From: the human T2T-CHM13v2.0 reference genome, Homo sapiens
NCBI RefSeq assembly: GCF_009914755.1
Contig: NC_060933.1
Strand: one strand, 5' to 3'
Length of the DNA stretch: 64,000 nucleotides
Shown: piece after piece, positions 26,387-38,970 of the stretch
Position numbering within the stretch: position 1 is the stretch's first letter
Layout of the letters: every line of letters starts with the position of its first letter
Program-made: the position numbers and the translations under genes
The notes under the pieces: generated by a model
Seen by the model: only the letters and a program-made list of their open reading frames with translations
The model's database searches: none
What the model was told of the DNA's origin: nothing

Positions 26387-26681
26387 TTTTTTTATTTTTT
26401 TGAGACAGTCTCACTCTGTCGCCCAGGCTGGAGTGCAGTGGTGCGATCATGGCTCACTCTAACCTCCGCCTCCTGGGTTCAAGCAATTCTCCTGCCTCGG
26501 CCTTCTGAGTAGCTGGGATTACAGGTGTCTGCCACCATACCTGGCTAATTTTTGTATTTTTACTAGAGACAGGGTTTTGCCATGTTGGCCAGGCTGCTCT
26601 CAAACTTCTGACTTCTGGTAGTCTGCCCACCTCGGCCTCCCAAAGTGCTGCAATTACAGGTGTGGACCACCACACCCTGCC
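26387..26681 (-). mobile_element. AluS
   Basis: Alu consensus; no TSD visible. Confidence 0.95.
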
Positions 26682-26944
26682 AGAAAGACTATCCTTTCAC
26701 CATTGAATTGCTCAGCATTCTTTCAAGCTGGGGCAATTGTAAGGCTCACCTCATTTTCCATTTTTCAGAGACTACTGCCCTTCATTGATTGATGTCCGGT
26801 GCCTGGAAAGCCATGGTTTTATGCAGTTTGTGGATTTTTTATTTTTTTTCTTTATTTGAAATGGGAAGGTAAGTCTGATCCTTGTTACTTCATTTTGGTC
26901 AGAAATGGAGGTCCCCTACTCAGTGTTTTTTTTCCTGTTTTTGA

Positions 26945-27040
26945 AACAGTTTAATTTGTTGCCAATGGATAAAAATGAGGAGATATCATATTAAAATCTA
27001 GATTTCCGGCTTCTCTTGAAAAATCTGCAGACCTGGATTT
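26945..27040. mobile_element. MER103-like DNA transposon fragment
   Basis: aaaatctagatttccggcttctcttgaaaaatc. Confidence 0.55.
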
Positions 27041-28151
27041 ACACTCCACCCAGCAACAACAGATTTCAGAGAAGCAGTGGTTTCCCATGGTCCTCTCCTT
27101 CCTTCATCCCCCTGGGCCTGATTAGTCCAAACCTCTCATTTTATTCAGGAGGAAACAGCAGCAGACAGGCAAAGTGGGTTGGAATTCGAGTCTGAGACTT
27201 CTGACTTCAAATCCAATAGTGTTTCCACAGAGATTGAGCAAGTACACTGTATTATTAGTACGAAGCTGAGCAAACTGAAGGTCTGAATATTTGCTGACAG
27301 ATTTAGATGCTCAGTGCCTCTAATGCACACTCTTTTTTCACTTTCTAATAATGACCTGTGAAGTTTATTATAATTTATCTGTTGTCATATTTGGAAAGCA
27401 AACCATGTGGCAGGATTTAACTGTTACTTAATTCTCTTAAAGGAATTGTTCATCCAGCAAAATTACCATTTGAGAATTATGTTTATTTTTTCTCATAAAA
27501 AAAGTGCCTGCAGCATTTATATTGAGTGTTTCGATCTTTAATGAGTTCCCACCATAAAAGAATACTGACATGACTACAATGTAGAGAATATGTTTGCAGT
27601 ATTCCTCATCCATGCATAACTTTCTGACTTACATTGTTGAAAATGTTCATGTCAGAATAAACTGAGAAATTCAATTTGTTAGCCTGGGAAATTGTGTGAT
27701 AAAAAGCTGTATCTACCATTTTCCTTTCCTGTCTGATTAGCCAAAATGTTACCAAACTCTTGTGCAGTATATAGAAATACAAGTCAAAAAATAAACCGAA
27801 AAACCAGTAAGAATTATGTGAAGTAATACTTTGTAGATTTGGTAGACAGATGCATTTTTGGAAATAAACCCAATATTTAACAAAAATTGATATATTTACT
27901 CTCAATAGTTACACATGATGAAAATATAGACAATGAAGAATGATCTATAACTTTTGTTTTCATATTCTGACTTTTTCTTTAACCTAGATCCTATACGAGA
28001 AGAACTGAAAATAAAATATGAAATGACTTTGATATTATTTTACTGCATTACCACAGATGACTATTACTAATTTAAAAGTGAAAAGGAATGTTGAACTATC
28101 TTATGATTTTCTTGTTTAGGATCACATTACATCGAACAGAAACTGTTTTAC

Positions 28152-28412
28152 CTTGCTTGCAAGGAGGTGGAGGCCTCCTTGCCCCCAAGTGTGGTGCCAC
28201 TTCCGGGTTCCTTGAGCACTTCCAGGTTATCAGCCCAGCTCTCCTCCAGTTTCTGGGGCTGCTGAAGAAGCTGTTGGGGAAAGTAGGTACCCCTCTTGAG
28301 TCCTTGCTGTTGCACCGGCCTTCTCCACAGGACATCAGTAACTTCTTCCTCTTAAGCCATAGCATTATCAGTTATACAGAAATACACGTTAGGAAACTAT
28401 CTTCAGGAGGAC
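28152..28412 (-). pseudogene. Exon-like relic segment, 261 nt (phase 1-1)
   Basis: actcatccag|GT ... CAAG|gtaaaa; one stop; GC-richer island in an AT-rich background. Confidence 0.5.
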
Positions 28413-29461
28413 CTGGATGAGTTCATTTATACAGTCATCACAGATCACCCCTAAGCTCTACTTCAGTTAGAGAAGGCTGTAAATTCAGCATCTGCACTGA
28501 TATGAACAGGAACAGGATCAGTTTCAGAGGATTTCTAAATACATACAGATTCTGTGATCATGTCTGGACTTTTGTATTGAATGATGTTAAACTCAGAGAG
28601 ATGGCAGAGGTTATCAAAGTGAATAAAGTGAAAATTGTAGCCTGTGATGGTAAAAATATAGGCTCCAAATATTACAGAATGAATAGGAGAAAAAGGCTTT
28701 TTAAAATGCTATCATCTGTCATTCGGTATCACTTTTTGAAGAGCAGCACTGACAAGATTTAAAAAAAATTTTATTCTAGCAATGCAGAAATGGCTACACT
28801 GTGCTACACTAATCAGAGAATGTCAGATGAGAAATGCTTACAACTGTGGCCTTTTATATTACCTTTATTATGCAACATGAAGAAACATAACTTTTTAAAT
28901 TGACAAAGTAAAAGTTGTCACCTTTCTAGAAACGTTAATAAACCCATGTTTAACTCAATGTGAATAATAATTGGTGGAGCTACGAAACTAGCGATGGGAA
29001 GATAGTAGATAAACATTTTGAAAAAGTACCATGTTCTTTGCAAGGGAAGTCAGAAAAATGTGTCATTTCAGTAAAGTCAAGTTAGTTTTATCAATTGTAT
29101 TTTTTGCCATTGATAAAAAGCATTAGCAGGGACAATAGCAAATCCCAGATAGACTTTACTTAGAAATCAATTTTTTAGAAGTATAAAAGCAGGGGTAACA
29201 CTGGTATGACAAATCTCCTAAGAAATACAATTCTGTTAGGAAAGTGGATAATCTTTTGTGAGCTTCCCTAGCCAAAACAAAACAACCAAACCAAACCAAA
29301 ACACCTGTTCCCAACAATGTAAAATAGTCCCTATGTGAAATGTAAATTATTTCCTGAACTGGCCATATTTGCTGAGCCTTATACATTTTAAAATTATCTT
29401 AAATTCTGCCAGTTATTAGACTTTCAATTAACACATTTTACTAAGTGTAAAAAATATGCAC

Positions 29462-29626
29462 CTAGTAGATGTGGAGACTCTTGAAGTCTTTAAGTTGAAA
29501 CTTTTAATGCTTAGATTCATCTTGGTAAACAGGAACACAGTGAGTTGGAGTAGAACTCTGTGTTTTCTGGATTCTTCTTGGGGTTTCAGTAGCTGCCTTT
29601 TCTGTGATTCTCTTCAGCTGCCTTCC
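29462..29626 (-). pseudogene. Exon-like relic segment, 165 nt (phase 1-1)
   Basis: tttcccctttatttcaaaag|GG ... CTAG|gtgcat; several stops. Confidence 0.4.
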
Positions 29627-29727
29627 CTTTTGAAATAAAGGGGAAAATGCTACTATTGTATGGTGCAACCCCAAGCAGAAACAAGTAACAAGCAAAGAAA
29701 ATTCTCCTAGAAGTAGCAGTTGCTGAC

Positions 29728-29826
29728 CTGCTCATTCTGGCTTCTGGACCTTCACTATAATAGGTTGAGTCCATTGCTCCAGGGGTTCATACACAGCACT
29801 TGGAATGATATATTTAACATGGGTCT
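29728..29826 (-). pseudogene. Exon relic, 99 nt (phase 1-1) with one TGA
   Basis: ttctttcataattttcag|AG THVKYIIPSAVYEPLEQWTQPIIVKVQKPE*A G|gtcagc. Confidence 0.55.
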
Positions 29827-29911
29827 CTGAAAATTATGAAAGAAGGCATCATGACATGAAGCATCCAGCAAAGTGTGCTTCCAGACCATGGGCATTAGGA
29901 AGATCATGCAA

Positions 29912-30218
29912 GGCTGGGAGAGGTGGCTCATGCCTGTAATCCCAGCACTTTGGGAGGCTGAGGCCGGCCAATCCTTTGAGCCCAGGAGTTCAAGACCAGC
30001 CTGAGCAACAGGGTGAAACCCTGTCTCTGCAGAAAATACAAAAAGTAGCCCAGCATGGTTGTGCCTGCCTGTAGTCCCAGCTACTTGAGAGGCTGAAATG
30101 GGAGGGTCACTTGAGCTCAGGAGGTCAAAGCCTGCAGTGAGCTGAGCATGCCATTGCACACCAGCCAGGGTGACAGAGTGAGACCCTCCCTCAAAAAAAA
30201 AAAGAAAAAGGAAAAAAA
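29912..30218 (+). mobile_element. AluJ
   Basis: J diagnostics (ttgagcccaggagttc); TSD aagatcatgca/aagatcacaca. Confidence 0.95.
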
Positions 30219-30379
30219 AAGATCACACATCTCAGAGTCATCCTGAGGTCCAGGACTCTACCACAGTTCCATTCAAACTGTAACTCTATGTGTGTGGTCT
30301 GAGAGCCCACAATTTGAACAAGATCCTCAGATAACCCTCACTGAAGTTCCGAAGCCTCTGCTCTTGTAGTCAGTTTCAC

Positions 30380-30620
30380 TGTCTCTAGATTGAGTACATC
30401 TGAGTTCAAATCCTCATTCTGCACCCTTTTAACTGGGAGAGCTAGAAAAGCTCTTTAAGCTCCCTGAGTTCCACTTTCTCCATCTGTAAAAATAGGAATC
30501 ATGATAGTGCCTACCTCCTAGGGTCGTGCTGAGAATTAAATGAGATAATGCAATGCACTTACCACTGTAGCTGGTTCATATGAAACACTTATAAATTAGA
30601 GAGGCTACTGTTATTACCAT
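30380..30620 (+). mobile_element. MIR SINE
   Basis: catctgtaaaaatagga ... cctacctcctagggtcgtgctgagaattaaatgagataatgc. Confidence 0.85.
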
Positions 30621-30769
30621 TATTATAAAAAGTTTTATGAAGGATATCCAAACCTCCACTCTGGTTTGAGAGCAATAAATAATGTATGGCTAAAGGAATG
30701 AGTACAAACTATACACTTCTTCACTAAGGGGAGCCAGTAACATGCTTAAAGCCATGGTTACCTCCCTAG

Positions 30770-31151
30770 TGCTATGGCTTGAATGTGTCCCCTCCCAAAT
30801 TCAGGTGTTGTCAATGTGATAATATTAAGAGGTGAGGTTTTAAGAGGTGATTAGCCCATGAGGGCTCCTCCCTCATGAATGGGATTAGGTGCCCTATTAA
30901 AAAGGGGAAGTTTGGCTAGCTTGCCTTTCCATCATCTGCCCTGTGGGGATATAGCATTTCTCCCCTCTATAGGATTCATCAATGAGGCACCATTATGAAA
31001 GCAGAGAGCAGCCCTCAGCAGACACCAAACCTCTTGGCGCCTTAATCTTGGACTTCCCAGCCTCCAGAACTGTGAGAAAATAAGCTTCTGTTCTTTATAA
31101 ATTACCCAGTCTCAGGTATTTGGTTATAGCAGCACAAAATGGATGAAGACA
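30770..31151 (+). mobile_element. MST (MSTD-like) MaLR solo LTR
   Basis: tgctatgg ... aagaca termini; perfect TSD cctag. Confidence 0.92.
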
Positions 31152-31385
31152 CCTAGGCTTGTGGCATTTTTCTTGTCCCAGATTCTGCTGATGCTCTTTT
31201 AGATGCTCTGTGTAGTTCTTGTCCCAAAGAGTAAAAGATACAGCCCTCTGTTATTGGTTTTAAGACCATTATTCCTGAGTTTCTGCTTTTGAAGCAGCTC
31301 CAAGGGGAGTCTTTAGCAGATGATTTACAAAGAAGTCTTTGATGTTCTCCAGTGTGTCCTGCAAAATGCTGTCAGTTTGCCTTAC

Positions 31386-31611
31386 TTGTTAACCTTGGTG
31401 GCCTTTGAGAACAAGGGCCTGCAGCTGTCTCCCTCCAACCACTTTCTGGTCCCAGGCTGCATCCTTTTTCTGCTGGGTTGTCTTTTCTTTTGACCACAGC
31501 CTGTCCTCTATAATTGTAGAATCCCATTTTCTGAGACTTGGCAGGACAAATCACTTCCTTGTGGCCATCTGAGCAGCAGAGGGATCCCTCATGCAAATAG
31601 GATAACATTTC
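31386..31611 (-). pseudogene. Exon relic, 226 nt (phase 0-1, open)
   Basis: gtgttatccag|GAA ... ACAA|gtaagg; EMLSYLHEGSLCCSDGHKEVICPAKSQ...PPRLT. Confidence 0.55.
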
Positions 31612-32166
31612 CTGGATAACACTACTAAATATTAAATATACTTAATTATTTTTGCAAATTATTTTTGTAATTTTAATCACTTTAAATTTGTTGGAGCTTA
31701 GGGGCCATATTAATGACAAAGAATCATTAATTATCATTAATTCTGAGGGTGGAAAAGCTCTTGAGCTATAATTTATTTGACTCTTCTAGAAAATATCCTA
31801 GGACAAATCCAACTCTTCTAAGTACAAGAAGCATAATAAATAATAATTCTTTTTCTTTTAAGTAACATTGGCCAACACTACATGTGATGTAAACTTGAAA
31901 CTGTCAAGGTTAGTTGGAATGTCCTACATTCAACATTCCTTTTTCGTGACCACAGCACTAAGCCAAGGCATTAAGAAAGACAGCCTGCCTTCTACAAGAG
32001 TGCATCCTAGTTGGGGAGATAATACTCGTGACCGGAAATAGCTTTACATAAAGGCTGCATAAGGATGTGAATAAGTGCTGAAGAATAGAGGACTTGGGGA
32101 AGAAAGAGGCATGTGTGGGACAAAATGATTTCTTGGTCATTTCCTACTTGCATTTCTTGCTCTTAC

Positions 32167-32213
32167 TTCCAGGTGATTCACCACTGACATTGCATTGACT
32201 TTGTTAAGGTTAT
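32167..32213 (-). pseudogene. Exon relic, 47 nt (phase 1-0, open)
   Basis: gttacccacag|AT NLNKVNAMSVVNHLE |gtaaga. Confidence 0.55.
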
Positions 32214-32759
32214 CTGTGGGTAACATACCCACAGTAGGAGCCTGGCAGTCTCAGAAAGTTGGCTCTCATTGGCTGCTGCATCTTGTTGGCAGAGGAAAGG
32301 GGAAAGGGGTGGGGACAGAGTGACCATGCAACTGCCTCTGTGTGCAGGTGCTTTGCCTGCAATACCTTATCCAAACTTTCAGCAACCTTGGAGGAAAAGA
32401 GGTACCATTTCTGTTTAACATGCAAAAGAATGAAGGCTGGGGGTGTTAGTAACTTCCCCAAGTTATCATGCAATTAGTGAGTGGGTTAAAATTCATGTCT
32501 TTTTGATGCTATGACAAACCATCTCATGGTCTACTAATATTGAAAGCCCAGAATTTTAATGGTCATGAATTACTCTCTAGGAAAATTGGCTCAAGTTTAG
32601 CAGTAGCCTTATATGCCAGGAAGCTACCTAGGGGGTGAGCTGTGAGAAGACCCAGAAAAATCAGCTATAGACTAAACCATTCATTATGGATCCCTTAGGG
32701 CTAATGCTTTATCTCTTTCCACCTTCTCCCTTTCCTTTTTTCTGAAATTGAATGCTCTT

Positions 32760-33126
32760 TTAATCAGTTCTAGCTGTTATAACAGAATACCATGGGTGGC
32801 TTAAACGATACAATTTTTTTTTTTTTTATCACAGTTCTGGAGGCTGGGAAGTCCAAGATCAAAGTGCCAGCAGATCAGTAACTGGTGAGTGCTCTCTTCC
32901 TGGTTTTCAGACCACTGTTTTCTTGTTGTATCCTTATGTGGTCGACAGAGAAATAGATCAACTCTTTTTTTGTCTCTTTTTATAAAAGGGCACTAGTTCC
33001 ATTCGTGAGGCCTCCAACCTCATAACCTAATTACCTCCCAAAAGCTCTACCTCCAAATACTATCACGCTGGAGATTTAGGCTTCAACACATGAGTTTTGG
33101 GGAGATACAGATATTCAGTCCAGAGG
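32760..33126 (-). mobile_element. MLT1A0-like MaLR LTR
   Basis: cacagttctggaggctgggaagtccaagatcaaagtgccagcagat. Confidence 0.88.
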
Positions 33127-33291
33127 CCATGCTATAGCTACAATGAGAGTTTATCAGAGACTCTCATTGTACAACTTGCAAATCCAGGGCACTTCAAGTC
33201 TTGTAGTTTGGTTTATGATAAAAAGGCAGACTTGAGATTTCTGGTCCCGAATGGAGTAAAAGATAGAGTCCTCCTGGAGCCTGGGACTCAC

Positions 33292-33865
33292 TGGGCTGAA
33301 GAGTCCAGGTTCTTATGATGCCACAGAGGGCAGCATGAAGACCACACATGTCCTTGGTCAGAGAAGCCAGGAGACGGAACAGGCTCTGAAAGGGCAGGGG
33401 ATAATGCCTGGATTTTATCATTTTTGCTGCAACTCCATCTCACATCGGCAGCTATGTGCAGAGGGTGAGAGTGTGTACATAGGCAGACTGGGCAGATTCT
33501 GACCCATTGGAAATTGATTAAGTCTATGGCCTTACCACCCTGAACATGCCCAATCTTATCTGATCTCAGAAGCTAAGCAGGGTTGGGCCTGGTTAGTACT
33601 TAGATGAGAGAAACTGGGTGAGCACCAGCTCCAAGCCAGGTACTAAACTTGCCACTTTTTTTTTTCTATGACTTTAAGCTTTCCTGGGTGGTACCAGACA
33701 ATCAACTCCCTCTTATTCATAAATGAGGGTCCTAGGAACCAGGATAAAAAATCTACAAGTTCCTTTGGGGAATATGAAATTGGAGCTGGGAGAGCTGGAA
33801 GATCTGAGGCAGATTCCATGAGGTGTAGTTCCTAGAGTCCCCTCTTTCTTGGGACGTCTGTGCCA
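33292..33865 (-). pseudogene. Exon relic interrupted by a 5S retrocopy
   Basis: ctgttccaag|TG ... CCCA|gtgagt; frame joins ORF 33194-33421 after removing the 100-nt insertion. Confidence 0.5.
33522..33611 (+). pseudogene. 5S rRNA pseudogene, 3'-truncated (nt 1-90), RNA5SP-type
   Basis: gtctatggccttaccaccctgaac ... gaagctaagcagggttgggcctggttagtacttagatgagaga; differences from 5S rRNA are mostly CpG transitions. Confidence 0.95.
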
Positions 33866-33882
33866 CTTGGAACAGGTTGCCA

Positions 33883-34330
33883 GCATGGTAGAGTGGTAAG
33901 AACGCATGTGAGTTTTGGCATTAGAACAATCCTGAATCAAATCCCAGCTCATCCATTTATTAGCATCATACATTTAGGCAGCAGATAACACCCACAACTA
34001 GCATTATTGAATTTCTACCATATATATCAGACACTGATCAGGTTTAGACACCTTGCAAAGTATTAACTTACACGTATTTTTCAGTATGCACAAGTAGGCT
34101 GTGGGGTACATGCTGTTATTAATGTCATTTCACAGATGAGGAAACTTAGGCATAGAGGGTTAAATAACTTGCCTGAGGTCAGACAGCCAAGATTGGAACC
34201 CAGTAAATGTGCCTTCAGTGCCCATGCACTTGACCACTATCTCCCATTTCTGTGTCTTTATCTGCAAAACAAGGACAAAAGTAGCTACCTCAATATTGTG
34301 AAGATGAAACTACATTGGATATCAATATAT
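33883..34330. mobile_element. MIR (+) interrupted by MIR (-)
   Basis: gcatggtagagtggtaagaacg ... and catttcacagatgaggaaacttaggc. Confidence 0.75.
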
Positions 34331-34498
34331 GAAGTTGGGACACACTGGGTACCCAACTGCTAGCAGCTGCATTCCTGCCTTCCTTCCTCATAATATACAG
34401 GAACACCTTTTTGGAATGAAGCTGGAATACCTCTTGTATGTCCAGCTCTCCTTTCCTTTGTCTCTGGTGCCAGCCACCCTTTTTTTTTATACTCATAC

Positions 34499-34940
34499 CT
34501 GCAGCTCCACCTTCCTCATTTCTGCCCTTGTTCATCATAACTCATTATGATTTCTGAGGGTGGGCTTATTTTACGTGAAATCATTTCTAGCAAGCTGCTT
34601 CCTGGCCATGTCTATAAGGCACCTTAATCTCTTCAGTTATTCCCTACATCACACTGGGGGGTAGATTACTTCTGGGAAGGGCCATCTCTCTGTGCGTGGC
34701 TTTCTGCTAATTTCTCTTTCAGTGAAAATGTCTTTCCTGACCTTCTCTGTTGACTCTTTTTCACTTCCAGTATTCAATCTGAGGTCTGCCTAAGTAGACC
34801 AAAAACACTGCTCTAGCTCTGCACCCAGCAGCCCCTGCAGAATCTGAGAATCCACTAGGGAAGAGTCCTTCCCAAGTCCCATGCCTGGGATCTCTCTGGG
34901 TTTGACTACCTTGGGGAGGGTCCGTCCTGGTTAATTTTCA
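34499..34940 (-). pseudogene. Coding-like relic segment abutting LTR33
   Basis: Strong donor GCAG|gtatga; ILEVKKSQQRRSGKTFSLKEKLAESHAQRDGPSQK; repeated DGPS motif. Confidence 0.4.
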
Positions 34941-34944
34941 CTGA

Positions 34945-35345
34945 CAGCTGAGCCTGCACCCTCCACGATCCTCTCTCCTCTGTTCTTTGCCAGGCTGTGT
35001 GTTTTCGGAGGCTGACCCCCTGTGGACTGCATTACCTGGGATCTTGTGCCTTCTGGCTTCCGAGTGGGTTTGGCCAATGGGAGGCACCAGCTGCAGATAG
35101 AGAGGAAGCAGTAGCTATGGCTGTCCATGACAGGGCCCACCTCTCAAGGGGCTCCAGTCATTCTGCCTCCTCCCCTGGCCCCTGTAGTCCCTGGGGATGC
35201 ACATGGCTGCTAGGCTCTAGGTATTTTCCCATCTGTTACATATTCCCATAACCCTGCCCACACCTTTATGTGTGGGCTCTTCATTAACGCGTCTTCAATT
35301 GAATAACATGGGATGAATTCTGTGTTATTTGGGTCCCTACAGATT
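34945..35345 (+). mobile_element. LTR33-like (ERVL) solo LTR
   Basis: ggaggctgacc ... tggactgcat ... tctggcttccgagtgggtttggccaatgggaggcacc. Confidence 0.8.
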
Positions 35346-35389
35346 TGACATAGGATGAATTCTGTGCCTTTTTAGGTCCTTACAGATTT
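35306..35389. repeat. ~42-bp tandem duplication
   Basis: acat(g/a)ggatgaattctgtg...ggtcc(c/t)tacagatttg x2. Confidence 0.85.
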
Positions 35390-35759
35390 GGGGTTCTTTG
35401 CTAGAACCAAAAGGTAACTGGGGATATCTTTTGTAATTCTCACTTTTGTAAGTATAATTCTTACTCTAACGAGTGAAATCACGAAATTCAAAATAAAAAC
35501 ACAGTGTCTCCAAGTACTTGGCTATCTCTTTACTCTTCAATGCAGGGGGGACGATTGCTATTTTATCAGGACCCTGTGAAGAGCACGGCTTAGTAGAGAA
35601 AGCTGTGTTTTAGTAAAAGCTCTGTTTTGGAATCTAAGTTTTTAAGATAGATTTCTAATTGTGTGACTTTGGGCAAGTCATAAATTTCTGGATATCAATT
35701 TTCTTATTGAAAATGATGAAGCCACTGAGGTTATGAAGTCTAACCTTGTTCTAAAAAGG

Positions 35760-36389
35760 TAAATATCAGCAAAGGTGCCACTACCTGGAACATTTAGAGC
35801 TGGCCAAGGATCTTGCTTTGGGCCAAAGGTTAAGGCTGCCCCAAGCTTTTCCCACTTGCCCCCTGATTTGGACCTCTGAGGTTTCTGGTACACCCTTGAC
35901 CACCCCTCAGCCTGAATGATTTCATTGCTGCACTTGTTTCTCCCAAGGTGATGTGCTCCATTTTGACACCTTCCCAGGCTTTACATGCAAATTTGTCTTT
36001 ACTTTCCTACGAAGCTTGAGAGGTGAGATATTTCATTTGCCCTTCTCTTTGGGCCTGCTTATGTCAAAGGTTGGTTACTCTTTTCTATTTTAAATTTTAT
36101 TTTTTATTTTTGTCTTTTGCCTGCTGGAAGAACACTCGGAAGCCTGCAGAGTCGCTGCCTTGCTTATCGGGCGTCTTTTTTGCTTTTTCAGAAATTGCTA
36201 TAATAAGGCATAGATGAGAAATGTGAGAAACAAGATAGGAAAAGTTTCTTAACAGTACAAGGCTGTGACCCGTATGGAAATGTCTCCTTCTGGAGGGAAC
36301 CCAGAGGAAAAATATCTCCCTATTCCAAGGGTCACATCCAAAGCCACTCTGCAAGTGACCCGAACCCTCTTCCATCTCCAGTGGGCAGA
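35760..36389 (-). pseudogene. Coding-like relic segment(s)
   Basis: ORFs 36097-36375 and 35678-35893; acceptor tatgccttattatag|CA at 36197 (AISEKAKKTPDKQGSDSAG). Confidence 0.35.
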
Positions 36390-37067
36390 CTGTATTAGCT
36401 TTTACTTAAGATAACATCATTCACCTTGACAAAGTCAGGTCTCTGATTTCTGCTTTCCCTCAGCCTGAACATTCTTATCCACATTACTACTAGTTCCTTA
36501 ATCTACTGGATGTTAGTTTCCGACTACTTTAATTTGAATAGTTGAGCTAAATATTTGTAATCACTTCTCAGGGAAATTATGGGCCATTTATATTAGAAAG
36601 AACTTTTGTAACTCCAGTGCTAAAATTGAATTATTTCTCGCTGACATTGTGGCAAAAATAACTCAAGGATGTGTACAAAATATCTTGTGGGTTATTTACC
36701 TTCAAATAGCCTCATCTAAAAATAATTACAGTAAACTCACACTTTCTGTATCTTGTGATGAAAAATATTGATATTTCACATACAGCATGTTTGAAACAGT
36801 TGGCCTCAACAGGCTTTTCAAGTTATTGTTTACATTTATTTTTTTCTTCCAAGTGAGGGATAAGAATGACAGGAGACAACTTCACTCAGCAGATGGGAAT
36901 GTGGAAAAATCATGACTAATGGTTAGGCCGTGTATATGTTTGGGGTTGCTTGTTTGTTTTTGTCCTACCTATCCCCTCCCCAATCCTGCCAATTACTAGC
37001 TTGTGTGTCCTTGGGCAAGTTCACCTCTCTGAACTTGGTTTTGTGCCAGTTGTGCTAACACTGAGAG

Positions 37068-37286
37068 CAGTGGCTCTTAAGTAGGAATCAGTTTTGCCCC
37101 TCAGGGGATGTTTGACCGTGTCTGGAGATATTTTTGGCTATCACAACTGTGTAGAGGTGTGCTACTGGCATCTAGTGGGTAAAGGTCCCAGATGCTGCTA
37201 AACATCCTACAAATGGACAAAGACTCTCCCACAACCAAGGAATATCTAGCACTGCATGTCAATAGTGCCAAGGTTGACAAATCCTG
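37068..37286 (+). mobile_element. MER20 (hAT-Charlie) inserted in a MIR
   Basis: cagtggctctt ... gtctggagatattttt ... gctactggcatctagtgggta ... aatagtgccaaggttga. Confidence 0.88.
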
Positions 37287-37688
37287 CTTTACAGGTCATG
37301 GTTATGGAGAAATGTTAGCATCAGGTGCTTTGTGAATTGTTCAGAGATGTATAAATATCAAGTGTTACTATATTATCTCTCAGGCATGAGTGCTAATTAT
37401 GACTGTAACTATTTAGTACCCAACTGCCCAAAGCACTGTTTAAACTCTGGGACTCCATTTCTTTATTGTGAAAACTTATTAGGCTTCAACGATCTCCAAG
37501 AACATTTCTGGCTCTGATAATGTATGTGGGAAAAGCATTATATGGTACTTTGGCCCAAAGTTGACAAAACCAATAGTTGCTAATTTCAGTATTTTTTTTT
37601 TTTTTGGCTCTCATGTAGATCACTGATCTGAATCTTTGCTCTCCAGATAATCTGAGATTTCCTAAAGCGGAGGAGGCAAAGAATTTTT

Positions 37689-38681
<993 letters not shown>

Positions 38682-38804
38682 TTAACCTTGTTCCTTTAAT
38701 GAGTAGATAAGATTTATCTGTGACAGTGTTTTCTTTTGTACCACGTAGAATAATAGCAATGTTAACAGCAATAAGTAAACAATGGACAGTGCCTACTGGG
38801 TGAC

Positions 38805-38970
38805 AGACATTTGAACACCTACTGTGTGCCAACCCCTGCCATAGCACTGTAACTGCAAGATCTCATTTTATCATTATAGCATGGCTGGTTAGTATAATTG
38901 CTTCAATTTTACAAAAATGAGGAAAATGAAATTCAGAGAGGTTGGGGACCTTGCCTGAAGTTGCACAGTT
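38805..38970 (-). mobile_element. MIR SINE
   Basis: acatttgaacacctactgtgtgcc ... gaggaaaatgaaattcagagagg. Confidence 0.75.

Larger units (their letters stand above)
25505..26920 (-). mobile_element. Old L1M (L1MC/MD-type) fragments interrupted by MER57 and Alu
   Basis: aacagctttattgag 3' end; aagactatcctttcaccattgaattgc ORF2 motif. Confidence 0.75.

Noticed and set aside
33522-33611. Functional 5S rRNA gene
   Set aside because: It lacks the 3' ~30 nt and terminator, is CpG-decayed, and is a solitary copy.
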